Shown: positions 9,557-18,463, counted from the stretch's first letter. The stretch is 35,744 nt of DNA from an uncultured Prevotella sp. (GCA_900542795.1 UQPD01000001.1:1-35744), one strand, 5' to 3'. Numbers and translations: made by a program. The notes: generated by a model not told the origin, from the letters alone.

Positions 9557-10729
9557 ATGAAGAAAATCGCTTTATGGGTGCTTACCGCAGTGGTGTTGAC
9601 CAGTTGCGGCAGCAAATCAAAACAAATGGGCGAAGCCAGCAATGACTTCGCAGTTGAAACAGTTCAAGCCACAACGGCTGACTTAAAGACTTCGTATCCC
9701 GCAACTATTAAAGGTATGCAGGACATCGAAATCCGTCCGAAAGTTTCAGGCTACTTGGTTAAGCTGCTTGTTGATGAGGGTTCTACCGTTCATAAAGGTC
9801 AACCCCTGTTCTTGATTGATTCTGAGCAATATCGTGCTTCTGTAAAGGCTGCTCAGGCTCAGATTCGTGATTGCAAGGCAAACATTGCTACACAGAAACT
9901 CACTGTTGAAAACAAGCGCATGCTCTTCAAGCAGAACATCATCTCGAACTATGACTTGCAGATGGCTGTAAACACCTTGGCTTCGTACGAGGCTCAGTTG
10001 GCTGCTGCACAAGCTCAATTACAGAGCGCTGAAGACAACTTGCGTTGGTGTACGGTTACCAGCCCTGCCGATGGTGTTGTAGGTTCTATTCCCTACCGCG
10101 TTGGTAGCTTGGTTAGCGCACAGTCTGCTGAAGCTTTGACTACGGTGTCTAACATCTCTAAGATGTATGTTTACTTCTCAATGACTGAAAAGCAGCTTTT
10201 GGCACTTACTCGTGAAGCTGGTGGCGTTAATGCTGCTATCAAGAAGATGCCTGCAGTAAGTTTGGTTCTCTCTGATGGTTCTACTTACAGCCAAAATGGT
10301 ACAATCAGCACAGTTAGCGGTGTGATTGACCCTTCTACGGGTTCTGTACAGATGCGTGCGACTTTTGATAATGCACAACACATTCTTCGTTCTGGTGGTA
10401 CGGGTTCTATCCTCGTTCCGACTCATGCTAACGATGCTATTATAGTTCCGCAGAGTGCTACCTTTGATGTGCAGGACAAGAAGTTTGTTTACGTTGTTAA
10501 CAACGACAAGTCGGTTGCTACTCGCGAAATCACCGTTCTCCCACAAAACGATGGTCAAACTTATGTTGTTGCCTCGGGGCTCCGCTCAGGCGAACGCATC
10601 GTTGTTGACGGTGTTAACCAACTAAAGAATGGTCAGAAGATTAACCCCATCTCTCGCGCACAACTCCAAGCCAACCAAAAGAAGGAACAACAGGCTATGA
10701 AAGATGGCAAGATGCCGGGGGAAAAATAA
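9557..10729 (+). CDS. RND efflux periplasmic adaptor (membrane fusion lipoprotein)
   Basis: Lipobox LTSC, EIRPKVSG, lipoyl half-motif V-x-EG-xx-V-x-KGQ-x-LF-x-ID, coiled-coil hairpin, SPADGVVG and SGL-xx-GERIVVDG. Confidence 0.93.
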   Translation: MKKIALWVLTAVVLTSCGSKSKQMGEASNDFAVETVQATTADLKTSYPATIKGMQDIEIRPKVSGYLVKLLVDEGSTVHKGQPLFLIDSEQYRASVKAAQAQIRDCKANIATQKLTVENKRMLFKQNIISNYDLQMAVNTLASYEAQLAAAQAQLQSAEDNLRWCTVTSPADGVVGSIPYRVGSLVSAQSAEALTTVSNISKMYVYFSMTEKQLLALTREAGGVNAAIKKMPAVSLVLSDGSTYSQNGTISTVSGVIDPSTGSVQMRATFDNAQHILRSGGTGSILVPTHANDAIIVPQSATFDVQDKKFVYVVNNDKSVATREITVLPQNDGQTYVVASGLRSGERIVVDGVNQLKNGQKINPISRAQLQANQKKEQQAMKDGKMPGEK

Positions 10730-10737
10730 GATGTAAT

Positions 10738-11302
10738 TAAGTAATAAGTAACAAGTAATAAGTAATACATTCTTGCTTATCTCTCATATATACCTTGGGA
10801 AATGCAATAAATAACGAGAAGTAAGAAGTTGCAAGTGAGAAATAACAGGTAATACATTCTTGCTTATATCTTGTACATAACTTCTGAAACTCTTTATGAA
10901 AAAAGATGATGACATAAAGTATAAAAAAGCAAAGAAATTTGCAATACGAATTATTAAGTTTAGCAGATTCTTAAAACGTGAAAAGCGTGAATTCGAAATT
11001 GCTAAACAAATAATACGTTCTGGCACTTCGATTGGAGCAAACATAGCTGAAGCCCAATATGCTGAAAGTAATTCAGACTTTGTACATAAACTGAGACTTG
11101 CTCTTAAAGAATCAAGTGAAACGCATTATTGGTTAGAATTGCTTTACGAATCTGAAACGATTGATAAAAAGATTTATCTTTCTTTAGAAGCAGATTGTCA
11201 AGAACTAATCAAAATGCTTACCTTTATTGTCAACAAGAAAAAAGAATAGATTTCAATTTTCATTAGTAAAGCTATTACTTATTACTTTTTACTTATTACT
11301 TC
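10738..11302. mobile_element. Putative heptamer-inverted-repeat-bounded element carrying a four-helix-bundle gene
   Basis: Left arm TAAGTAA TAAGTAA CAAGTAA TAAGTAA TACATTCTTG (10738-10775); right arm TTACTTA TTACTTT TTACTTA TTACTTC (11275-11302), the reverse complement of the left arm. It interrupts the normally adjacent MFP-permease pair. Mobility is inferred. Confidence 0.6.
10896..11249 (+). CDS. Four-helix-bundle protein (23S rRNA intervening-sequence protein family, TIGR02436-like)
   Basis: Signature KQIIRSGTSIGANIAEA...S-xx-DFVHKL-x-LALKE-xx-ET-x-YWLELL; 117 aa; visibly more AT-rich than its neighbours. Confidence 0.9.
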   Translation: MKKDDDIKYKKAKKFAIRIIKFSRFLKREKREFEIAKQIIRSGTSIGANIAEAQYAESNSDFVHKLRLALKESSETHYWLELLYESETIDKKIYLSLEADCQELIKMLTFIVNKKKE

Positions 11303-11315
11303 AAAAAAATAAACT

Positions 11316-14300
11316 ATGACTCTAGATAGATTTATAAATCGTCCGGTACTTTCTACCGTGATTTCTATTGTGATTGTCATATTGGGTGTATTGGGTTTAA
11401 CTTCACTCCCTATCGTCCAATATCCTGACATCGCACCACCTACAGTGCAGGTGAGCACCACTTATACGGGTGCAAATGCACAAACCGTGTTGAACTCTGT
11501 GATTGCTCCTCTTGAAGAGCAAATCAATGGTGTAGAAAACATGGACTACATGACATCTACCGCAACCAATACAGGTTCGGCTTCTATCCAAATTACCTTT
11601 AAGATGGGTACCAACCCCGATATGGCTGCCGTGAACGTACAAAACCGTGTGGCAAAAGCACAAGGTTTGTTGCCCTCGGAAGTTACTCAGGTAGGTGTGA
11701 TTACACAAAAGCGTCAGAACTCAATGTTGCTCATCTTCTCAGTAGCTGATGCTGAGGACCGTTACGATGAGGCGTTTATTGAGAACTATGCCAAGATTAA
11801 CATCATTCCGCAAATTCAGCGTGTAAAGGGTGTGGGTGATGCTCAGGTTATGGGTGCCGACTACTCTATGCGTATTTGGCTTAATCCTGAAAAGATGGCT
11901 GAATACCACTTGATGCCTACTGACATTAGCGGTGTTTTGGCAGAACAAAATATTGAAGCTGCTCCAGGTAATATTGGTGAACGCGAAAACCAAACCTTCC
12001 AGTATACTTTGCGTTACAAAGGTCGTTTAAGCCAAGTTCCTGAATTTGAGAATATAGTTATTAAGGCTAACGACGATGGTACAATCATCCGCTTAAAGGA
12101 TGTGGCTCGCGTTGAATTGGGCCGTATGACCTACTCGTTTGCTGGTAAGGTTAATGGCCATAAGGCTGTTACCTGTATGGTATCGCAGATGGCAGGATCA
12201 AATGCTACTGAAATTATTCAGGACTGCGAAAAGTTGCTCGACGAAACACAGAAGACATTGCCCCAAGGTATGAAGATTACCGTGGCACAAAATGTCAACG
12301 ACTTCCTCTTTGCCTCTATCCACGAGGTTATTAAGACCCTTATCGAGGCATTTATCCTCGTGTTTATTGTGGTGTATATCTTCTTGCAGGATATGCGAAG
12401 CACCATTATCCCATCGGTTGCTATCCCCGTAGCATTGATTGGTACTTTCTTTGCGCTCTACATTATTGGCTTCTCAATTAACTTGCTCACCCTCTCGGCT
12501 ATGGTGCTTGCCATTGCGATTGTAGTGGACGATGCCATTGTGGTGGTTGAAGGTGTACATGCCAAGTTGGACCAAGGCTATACTTCGGCACGTAAGGCTT
12601 CAATCGATGCCATGCGCGAATTAGGCTCGGCTATCGTTTCAATTACCTTGGTTATGATGGCAGTGTTCGTGCCCGTAAGCTTTATGTCGGGTACCTCGGG
12701 TGTGTTCTACCGTCAGTTTGGTTTGACCATGGCAATTGCCATTGGTTTCTCTGCATTGAACGCCCTTACCCTCTCTCCTGCCCTTTGTGCCATTTTGCTG
12801 AAGCCACACAAGGCTCATGGCGAGGAAGAAGAATCGCTCAAAGAACGTATGGGCAAGGCTTACAAGGCTGCTGGCAGAACCATGTATCAGCGCTATGCTG
12901 AGAGCATCGGTCGCATTCTGCACCCCAGCCTCACTCTCATCTTGGTCATCATCTCTATCATTGGTTTGATTTTTGGTGGTTTCAACTTCAGTTCCCACCC
13001 CGTAATCACCATTATCCTCTCTATCGTAGCCATCATGGCATTCATTGGTTTGACTACGAAGAAGTTCCAAAACGCATTCGAGAATTCGTTTGAAAACATC
13101 TTGAAGTCGTACAAGAAGAAGGTGCTCATCTTCATTCAGCGTCCTTGGCTCTCACTCGGTTTGGTAACGGGTAGTATTGCCTTGCTTATTTGGATGATGA
13201 ACATTACACCTACAGCCATGGTGCCTGCCGAAGATACGGGTACGATTATGGGTGTTGTGACTATGCCTCCTGGTACCTCGCAAGACCGCACTGAAGCTTA
13301 CCTTAACAAGGTTGACAGCTTGGTACGTTCATGTCCTTCTGTCGAAATTAGCACCATCGTCTCGGGTTACTCATTCATTGGTGGTCAAGGTCCTTCTTAC
13401 GGTTCATTCATCATCAAGTTGAAAGATTGGGAAGAACGTTCGATGAAGGAAAGTTCAACTGTTATCTTTGCCAACCTCTACCTTCGCTCACGCGATGTGT
13501 TTAAGGATGCTCAGGTACTCTTCTTCCAGCCGCCTATGATTACAGGTTATGGTGTAACCAATGGTTTCACCCTCAATTTGCAAGACCGTACGGGTGGCGA
13601 CTTGAACAAGTTCTACCAAGTAGCTCAAACCTTCTTGGCAGACTTGCAGAAGCGTCCTGAAATTGAATCGGCACAGACAACCTTCAACACCAACTTCCCG
13701 CAATACACCATCGATATTGATGCAGCCAAGTGTAAGCGTGCAGGTCTTTCGCCCCGAGACATCTTGACTACATTGCAGGGTTATTATGGTGGTCTTTACG
13801 CATCAAACTTCAACCGTTTCGGTAAGATTTATCGTGTAATGATTCAGGGTGAACAAGCTGATCGTGCTAACCTCGAAAGTCTTTACAAGATTAAGGTGCG
13901 CAACGGCTCAGAAATGGCTCCTATCACAGAGTTCATGACGATTACCCCAACTTATGGTCCTGACAACATCAACCGTTTCAACATGTACACCTCTATGGCT
14001 GTGAATGGTAACCCTGCAAGTGGTTACACCTCTGGTCAGGCCATTAAGGCGATTGAAGAAGTTGCAGAAAAGAGTTTGCCCACGGGTTACTCATTTGAGT
14101 TCTCAGGTCAGACACGCGAAGAACAACAAAACTCTGGTAGCACCACGGCTATTGTGTTTGTACTCTGCTTCGTCTTCATCTACCTCTTGTTGGCTGCACA
14201 GTACGAGAGCTACATGCTTCCGTTTGCCGTATTGCTTTCAGTACCCTTCGGTCTTGCAGGTTCGTTCCTCTTCATTCAGGGCGTAGGTGCTATCAATAGC

Positions 14301-14735
14301 ATTGTACCTATCTTTGGTGAAGCCGCTAATAACATCTACGTGCAGATTGCATTGATTATGTTGATGGGTCTGTTGGCTAAGAATGCCATCCTTATTGTAG
14401 AGTTCGCTCTCGAACGTCGCAAGATGGGTATGAGCATCTCTTGGGCTGCCGTGTTGGGTGCTGGTGCTCGTTTGCGTCCTATCTTGATGACTTCTTTGGC
14501 AATGATTATTGGTTTGTTACCTTTGATGTTCTCATTTGGTGTAGGTGCTAACGCAAACCGCTCACTCGGTACTTCTGCTATCGGCGGTATGTTGATTGGT
14601 ATGATTTTCCAGATCTTCATCGTTCCTTCATTGTTCGTTATCTTTGAATATCTACAAGAAAAGATTAAGCCCATCACTTGGGAAGATATGGACAATAGCG
14701 AAGCAAGCTCTGATATTGAACAGTATACTAAATAA
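11316..14735 (+). CDS. RND efflux permease (HAE1/AcrB family), with an extra internal segment
   Basis: FINRPV, QYPDIAPP, AIAIVVDDAIVVVE, LAKNAILIVEFA and RLRPILMTS; 1139 aa. Confidence 0.95.
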   Translation: MTLDRFINRPVLSTVISIVIVILGVLGLTSLPIVQYPDIAPPTVQVSTTYTGANAQTVLNSVIAPLEEQINGVENMDYMTSTATNTGSASIQITFKMGTNPDMAAVNVQNRVAKAQGLLPSEVTQVGVITQKRQNSMLLIFSVADAEDRYDEAFIENYAKINIIPQIQRVKGVGDAQVMGADYSMRIWLNPEKMAEYHLMPTDISGVLAEQNIEAAPGNIGERENQTFQYTLRYKGRLSQVPEFENIVIKANDDGTIIRLKDVARVELGRMTYSFAGKVNGHKAVTCMVSQMAGSNATEIIQDCEKLLDETQKTLPQGMKITVAQNVNDFLFASIHEVIKTLIEAFILVFIVVYIFLQDMRSTIIPSVAIPVALIGTFFALYIIGFSINLLTLSAMVLAIAIVVDDAIVVVEGVHAKLDQGYTSARKASIDAMRELGSAIVSITLVMMAVFVPVSFMSGTSGVFYRQFGLTMAIAIGFSALNALTLSPALCAILLKPHKAHGEEEESLKERMGKAYKAAGRTMYQRYAESIGRILHPSLTLILVIISIIGLIFGGFNFSSHPVITIILSIVAIMAFIGLTTKKFQNAFENSFENILKSYKKKVLIFIQRPWLSLGLVTGSIALLIWMMNITPTAMVPAEDTGTIMGVVTMPPGTSQDRTEAYLNKVDSLVRSCPSVEISTIVSGYSFIGGQGPSYGSFIIKLKDWEERSMKESSTVIFANLYLRSRDVFKDAQVLFFQPPMITGYGVTNGFTLNLQDRTGGDLNKFYQVAQTFLADLQKRPEIESAQTTFNTNFPQYTIDIDAAKCKRAGLSPRDILTTLQGYYGGLYASNFNRFGKIYRVMIQGEQADRANLESLYKIKVRNGSEMAPITEFMTITPTYGPDNINRFNMYTSMAVNGNPASGYTSGQAIKAIEEVAEKSLPTGYSFEFSGQTREEQQNSGSTTAIVFVLCFVFIYLLLAAQYESYMLPFAVLLSVPFGLAGSFLFIQGVGAINSIVPIFGEAANNIYVQIALIMLMGLLAKNAILIVEFALERRKMGMSISWAAVLGAGARLRPILMTSLAMIIGLLPLMFSFGVGANANRSLGTSAIGGMLIGMIFQIFIVPSLFVIFEYLQEKIKPITWEDMDNSEASSDIEQYTK

Positions 14736-14736
14736 T

Positions 14737-14942
14737 TTAAGTATTAAGTATTAAGTATTAAGTATTACATTCTTATGAGATGCTTATGAGATGCTTATGA
14801 GAAGCTTAGGAGATGCTTAGGAGATGCTTAATGTAATATAAGTAAATGAGGTTCTTTTGAAGAACTTCGGTATTAAGTATTATATCACAACGAGGTACAC
14901 ACCTTGCAATGTAATACTTAATACTTATTACTTAATACTTAA
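14737..14942. mobile_element. MITE-like 206-bp element with 35-bp heptamer terminal inverted repeats and an internal 11-mer tandem array
   Basis: (TTAAGTA)x4 TTACATT (14737-14771) versus AATGTAA TACTTAA TACTTAT TACTTAA TACTTAA (14908-14942), 34/35 complementary. Inside is CTTA(T/G)GAGA(T/A)G x5 (14772-14826). Confidence 0.75.
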
Positions 14943-14960
14943 TATTTTACCCTTGTTATT

Positions 14961-16364
14961 ATGAACAAATTATTTCCTATTATAGGTTGCACACTTCTGA
15001 TGGCAAGCTGCACGGGAATCTATAAAAACTATGAGCGCCCGCAGAACTTGACTCAGAACATTGACAGTCTCTACCGCAACACTACCGAAAATGTGGTGAA
15101 AGCAGACACTGCCAATTATGGCAACACACCTTGGCAACAGGTGTTTACCGACCCGCAACTGCAAACGCTCATCAATAAGGCTCTTGCCAACAACACCAAC
15201 TTGCTTAATGCCGACCTTAACATTCAGCAAATTCAAGCTGGACTGAAAATGGAACGCTTGGCTTACTACCCAAGCATTGCCTTCCAACCCCAAGGTAGTA
15301 TGACAAGCTGGGACTTTAACAAGGCAAGCAAAACTTACGCATTCCCCATTGCAGCAAGTTGGCAATTCGGTTCTATGGGTACAATTCGCAACACCAAGAA
15401 GCAGTACGAAATGAACCTCGAAATGACGAAAGCTGCAAAACAGGCTACACGCACTGCTATTATTGCAAACGTTGCGAACCTCTACTACACCTTGCAGATG
15501 CTCGATGAACAGCTCAAGACTACACAAGCTACTATCAAAATCTGGGCTGAGAACGTACGTGCTATGGAGGCTATGAAAGAAGGTGGCATGACAACGCAAG
15601 CTGCTGTGTCACAAGCAAAGGCTAACTACTATAACTTGCAAGGCACGGTTCCCACACTGAAGAATAGCATTACGCAAACTGAGAATGCACTTTGCACATT
15701 ACTTTGCGAAGCTCCCCACAACATCAGCCGTGGTGCATTCAATGCCGACAACTTCCCTGCACAATATGCCATTGGCATGCCTGTTCAACTCTTGGCTAAC
15801 CGCCCCGACGTACATGCTGCCGAAATGAAGATTGCCGCTGCATTCTATGGCGTAAACATTGCTAAATCTGCCTTCTACCCCTCGCTCAACATCACAGCAC
15901 AAGGTAGCTGGACTAACAATGCGGGTATGATTGTTAATCCAGGTAAGATTTTAGCAACATTGCTCGGTTCTATTACGCAACCCTTGTTTACAAATGGCAA
16001 ATTAAAGGCAAACTTAAAGATTACGCAGTTGCAATATGAAGCTGCGCAGAACGACTTTAAGTCTACCCTTCTTAATGCAGGACAAGAGGTAAGCAATGCC
16101 TTGGCACAATATCAAGCTGCTGCTCAAAAGGAAGAAGCTTGCAAACTGCAAGTGGCTGAACTTACCACGGCACTCGACAACACCAAGATGCTCTTCCAAC
16201 ACAGCACAGGTACCTCATATCTTGAGACACTTACTGCCCAGCAGAGCCTTATCCAAGTTCAGTTGTCGCTCATCTCTGACAAATTCGACAAGGTGCAAGC
16301 TGCCATTAACCTCTATCAGGCTCTTGGCGGTGGACGCGAAGTTGAAACAAACAATAATAACTAA
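14961..16364 (+). CDS. TolC/OprM-family outer-membrane efflux lipoprotein
   Basis: Lipobox MASC, W-xx-F-x-DP-x-L, LLANRPDV, AFYPSL and LYQALGGG. Confidence 0.93.
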   Translation: MNKLFPIIGCTLLMASCTGIYKNYERPQNLTQNIDSLYRNTTENVVKADTANYGNTPWQQVFTDPQLQTLINKALANNTNLLNADLNIQQIQAGLKMERLAYYPSIAFQPQGSMTSWDFNKASKTYAFPIAASWQFGSMGTIRNTKKQYEMNLEMTKAAKQATRTAIIANVANLYYTLQMLDEQLKTTQATIKIWAENVRAMEAMKEGGMTTQAAVSQAKANYYNLQGTVPTLKNSITQTENALCTLLCEAPHNISRGAFNADNFPAQYAIGMPVQLLANRPDVHAAEMKIAAAFYGVNIAKSAFYPSLNITAQGSWTNNAGMIVNPGKILATLLGSITQPLFTNGKLKANLKITQLQYEAAQNDFKSTLLNAGQEVSNALAQYQAAAQKEEACKLQVAELTTALDNTKMLFQHSTGTSYLETLTAQQSLIQVQLSLISDKFDKVQAAINLYQALGGGREVETNNNN

Positions 16365-16503
16365 CCGGCTAGAACTAAGTTAAAAGGTTATACGCTTGTT
16401 TTGAGTTTTAGGGGTAGACTTTTATAACTAAAAGTTTAAAGTTTAAACTTGAAAATTCAAAACAAGTAAATAATACTTAGTGATAAGCTCAAAAAACAAT
16501 TCC

Positions 16504-17289
16504 ATGATCAGTCCATTAGCATACGTTGACCCTGCTGCTCAACTGGGTCAGAACGTTGAAGTAGGTCCTTTTGCCTACATCGAAAAAGGCGTAATCATTG
16601 GCGACAACTGTGTTATCAAGGCACACGCCAGCATCTTAGAAGGTACCACTATGGGTACAGGTAACACAGTTTACCAAAATGCTGTAATTGGTGCAACCCC
16701 TCAGGATTTCCATTACGTTAAGGGTACACCCTCGAAGGTAATTATTGGCAACGACAACCATATCCGCGAGAATGTTGTGATTGCTGGTAGCACCTACGAT
16801 GATAAAGCTACCATCATTGGCGATGGCAACTTTATTATGGATCGCGTACACATCTGCCACGATGTACACATCTTTAATAAGTGTGTAGTTGGCATTGGTG
16901 CCTGCATTGCAGGTGAAAGCGAAATTCACGATTGCTCTATTCAGAGTACAGGTGTTGTGGTGCAACAACATGTTCGTGTAGGTCGCTACTCACTCATTCA
17001 GAGTGGTTGCCGCGTACAAAAGGATGTTCCACCCTACGTTATTCTTGGTGGCAACCCTGCTGCATACAATGGCGTGAACGCTGTGGTTTTAAAGCATGTC
17101 AACACAACTGACCGCATCATTCGTCACATTGCCAATACTTACCGCATCATTTACACAGGCAACTTTAGCCTTGAAGATGCTGTACTGAAAATTCCCGAAC
17201 AAATTCCCATGAGCGATGAAATTCATAACATCCTCAACTTTGTTAAGGGTGCTAAGCATGGTATTGTGCGCCACATTAAGGAAGACTAA
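16504..17289 (+). CDS. LpxA-like left-handed beta-helix acyltransferase (divergent LpxA paralog)
   Basis: Hexapeptide repeats, MISPLAYVDP, PQDF, IREN, HICHD and KDVPPY, with a C-terminal helical domain. ATG 16504 is preferred over GTG 16480. Confidence 0.8.
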   Translation: MISPLAYVDPAAQLGQNVEVGPFAYIEKGVIIGDNCVIKAHASILEGTTMGTGNTVYQNAVIGATPQDFHYVKGTPSKVIIGNDNHIRENVVIAGSTYDDKATIIGDGNFIMDRVHICHDVHIFNKCVVGIGACIAGESEIHDCSIQSTGVVVQQHVRVGRYSLIQSGCRVQKDVPPYVILGGNPAAYNGVNAVVLKHVNTTDRIIRHIANTYRIIYTGNFSLEDAVLKIPEQIPMSDEIHNILNFVKGAKHGIVRHIKED

Positions 17290-17306
17290 TTCTGTCTTTT
17301 ACAATC

Positions 17307-17349
17307 ATAACGGATACAATCCTCACAAAGGTTTGTATCCGTTATTTTT
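17307..17349 (+). terminator. Rho-independent terminator ending the RND-lpxA-like operon
   Basis: ATAACGGATACAA ... TTGTATCCGTTAT followed by a T-rich tail. Confidence 0.8.
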
Positions 17350-17387
17350 ATTTCTCAATGAAAAAGCATTTGAAGAAAAGCCTTACT

Positions 17388-17657
17388 CTATTCGTCTAAA
17401 AAATGAGAGAGCGTGGGCAATGGAAAATGTTCTTTACTCACATCAATTTGCAAGCAATCCTTCAGTTCTTTATAAGGAACCAGAACATGGAATTCACCAT
17501 CTGCAAAACAACCTGCTTGGTAAGGATGAAGTGTACTAACAATTCCTTGAGGCATCACTGCCATGTGTTGAAACAGTGTGGCAGAATCATATTTATTGGA
17601 TGACTTCTCGCAAGTGCCACTCCAAGAAGCACAAACAGAATATAAAATCAGGAACAA
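17388..17657 (-). pseudogene. Probable remnant of a DUF3298/RsiV-like gene (C-terminal part only)
   Basis: The peptide AVMPQGIVSTLHPYQAGCFADGEFHVLVPYKELKDCL resembles the DUF3298 C-terminal pattern (G-h-x-h-x-Y-x-PY-x-h-x-x-(Y/F)-A-x-G...h-PY-xx-L). There is no credible N-terminus or signal peptide. Confidence 0.5.
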
Positions 17658-17797
17658 ACCCCAAGTTTAACTCAGAAAATATCGTTTTTGCCACATTTTG
17701 TTTGCATAATTCAACAAAAAGCTCTACCTTAGTCCCCATCATGCAAGAGTTTATTAAGAAATGACAACATTTGCATAACAGAAAAAGATCAATACAC

Positions 17798-18412
17798 ATG
17801 TCTGACATGCTAAAACTCGGCATTCTCGTAGCAGGACTTTGCATTACACTTGCTGCGTGCAACACGCGGAATAAGTCGGCTTGCAACATCCATCCAACTG
17901 ACTTGCGCGAAGGGGATGTGATATTCAGACGAGGCACTTCAGCCAATAGCAGAATGGTAACTCTGCTACAAGGCTTTTACTCACACGTGGGCATTGTGGC
18001 AGACTGTAGTGGCAAAGGAGATTTACGCATTCTGCATGCTGTGCCCGATGAACCTGACTTTCCAGGCGACTACGACCGCATAAAGATGGATAGACTCGAA
18101 ACATATCTCTCGCCCAAACGTGCCGAAGCTGCTTGCTTGATGCGACAAAACAATGCACAAGCAGCACACCAAGCAGCCTGTCATGCCCTGCGACTTTGGA
18201 AAAAAGGTATTCGTTTTGACGCACAATACAACGAGCAAGACACCACCGAAATGTATTGCACCGAATTTGTGGCATACGTTTACAAGCAAGCGGGCATTGA
18301 CATTGCTGGTAACAAACGAGACACAATTCAAACCCCATGGTTCAGTGCAAAATGCCTTATGCCTTACCATTTGCAACAGTGCAAAAAACTTAAGCGTGTT
18401 TTAAGCTACTAA
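17798..18412 (+). CDS. Permuted papain-like NlpC/P60 amidase (YiiX/YaeF family) lipoprotein
   Basis: Lipobox LAAC; GDVIFR, YSHVGI (catalytic His first) and later MYCTEFV (catalytic Cys), which is the circularly permuted order. Confidence 0.8.
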   Translation: MSDMLKLGILVAGLCITLAACNTRNKSACNIHPTDLREGDVIFRRGTSANSRMVTLLQGFYSHVGIVADCSGKGDLRILHAVPDEPDFPGDYDRIKMDRLETYLSPKRAEAACLMRQNNAQAAHQAACHALRLWKKGIRFDAQYNEQDTTEMYCTEFVAYVYKQAGIDIAGNKRDTIQTPWFSAKCLMPYHLQQCKKLKRVLSY

Positions 18413-18463
18413 GGTCATAATAATCATAACACATAAATTACAAACTCCTAAAATACCAACATC

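Noticed and set aside
10784..11044. Minus-strand 86-aa ORF overlapping the four-helix-bundle gene
   Set aside because: It is an antisense shadow running into the repeat arm, with no independent support.
10896..11249. Diversity-generating retroelement (Avd-like protein)
   Set aside because: No reverse transcriptase and no TR/VR pair with adenine-specific mismatches were seen in the window.
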